Shown: piece after piece, positions 63,333 to 64,000 of the stretch | How the letters are laid out: every line of letters begins with the position of its first letter | Position numbering within the stretch: the stretch's first letter is position 1 | Origin: Octopus vulgaris | Taxonomy: Eukaryota | Assembly (NCBI GenBank): GCA_951406725.2 | Contig: OX597818.1 | Span: 38,626,001-38,690,000 of the forward strand | Reading direction: 5' to 3' | Length of the DNA: 64,000 bases | Notes under the pieces: generated by a model | Told to the model about the DNA's origin: nothing | Database searches by the model: none | What the model saw: the letters and a program-made list of their open reading frames with translations, nothing else | Translations under genes and position numbers: made by a program

Positions 63333-63825
63333 ATGGGACGAATCTAAGTAGAGACTTCAAACTTAAAATCTTCAAAGCCACAGTTGAACCAATTCTACTA
63401 TATGGCTCAGAACATTGTGGGAAGATGTTTTTTTTTTTCTTCAATTTCTGCAATTTCAACCAATAACGATTAAAGAAGCTTGAGAGGCGGTTGGATGGAA
63501 CTTACACTTGCCTCCTTATGAGAGCTCAAAATCTCTCGTGGAAGCGTCATCCAACCAAAATACAAATATATGGAAAACTACCACCTGTATCATCTCTTGT
63601 GAAAGGTAGGAGAGTCCAGTTTGCTGGACATTGTTGTAGAGCTGAAAACGAGGTAATTTCTACTCTTCTCCTCTGGAAGCCATCTACTCGCGATACCAGA
63701 GGGCGCACGCTCTCCTACCTTGATGTAATCTCTAAGGATACAGGCATCCAGCAACAGGATCTCCGTAAAGTCTGGCGTAGCATGGTAAATTCCATTGTCT
63801 CAACCACGGTCAAACAATGATGATG
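63333..63825 (+). mobile_element. RTE LINE 3' fragment nested in an older RTE 3' end (~63160-63925)
   Basis: KIFKATVEPILLYGSE..RRVQFAGHC..LLWKP; (TGA)n tail; TSD ATGGGACAAWGC 63321-63332/63826-63837. Confidence 0.85.
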
Positions 63826-64000
63826 ATGGGACAATGCGGTGAGAAAGGATCTTCAGATATTGAACCTCAACTGAGAAGTTAAGGGACTGAGATCTTTGGC
63901 AATTTGTTGTGGTTGAGAAGACACATCAAGCTATATAAAATCGTGGCCATTCAGACATACAAGCATGTCCTTATGGCTATAACTCTCCTCTCCTTCCCCT

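Overview
AT-rich, transposon-dense eukaryotic DNA, most likely from an octopus or other coleoid cephalopod (inferred from the SINE/LINE repertoire, not proven). The only host gene I can support is the 3' end of DNA-PKcs (PRKDC) on the minus strand. Its last nine coding exons (61766 to 37462) splice with GT-AG sites and consistent phases into an intact PIKK kinase + FATC C-terminus. That C-terminus has several unusual substitutions, including hinge GLLEC and terminal WNPLL. The rest is nested repeats: RTE LINEs with a C4HC3 PHD-type finger inside the RT, CR1, R4/Dong-like, a Penelope-like element with inverted pLTRs and a hammerhead-like motif, a Gypsy relic, an ORF1-only L1/Tx1-like element, Helitrons, mariner/pogo/TTAA MITEs, several tRNA-SINE families, a (GAT)n-tailed RTE-dependent retroposon family and a CCA-bearing tRNA-Gly retrocopy. 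The most unusual signal is a young composite retroposon present twice (34705-37027, 55559-56655). Both copies share a linker, a 155-bp VNTR module and an RTE-type tail, but carry unrelated tandem arrays of ~340-375-bp units at their 5' ends. Repeat boundaries are read by eye and approximate.
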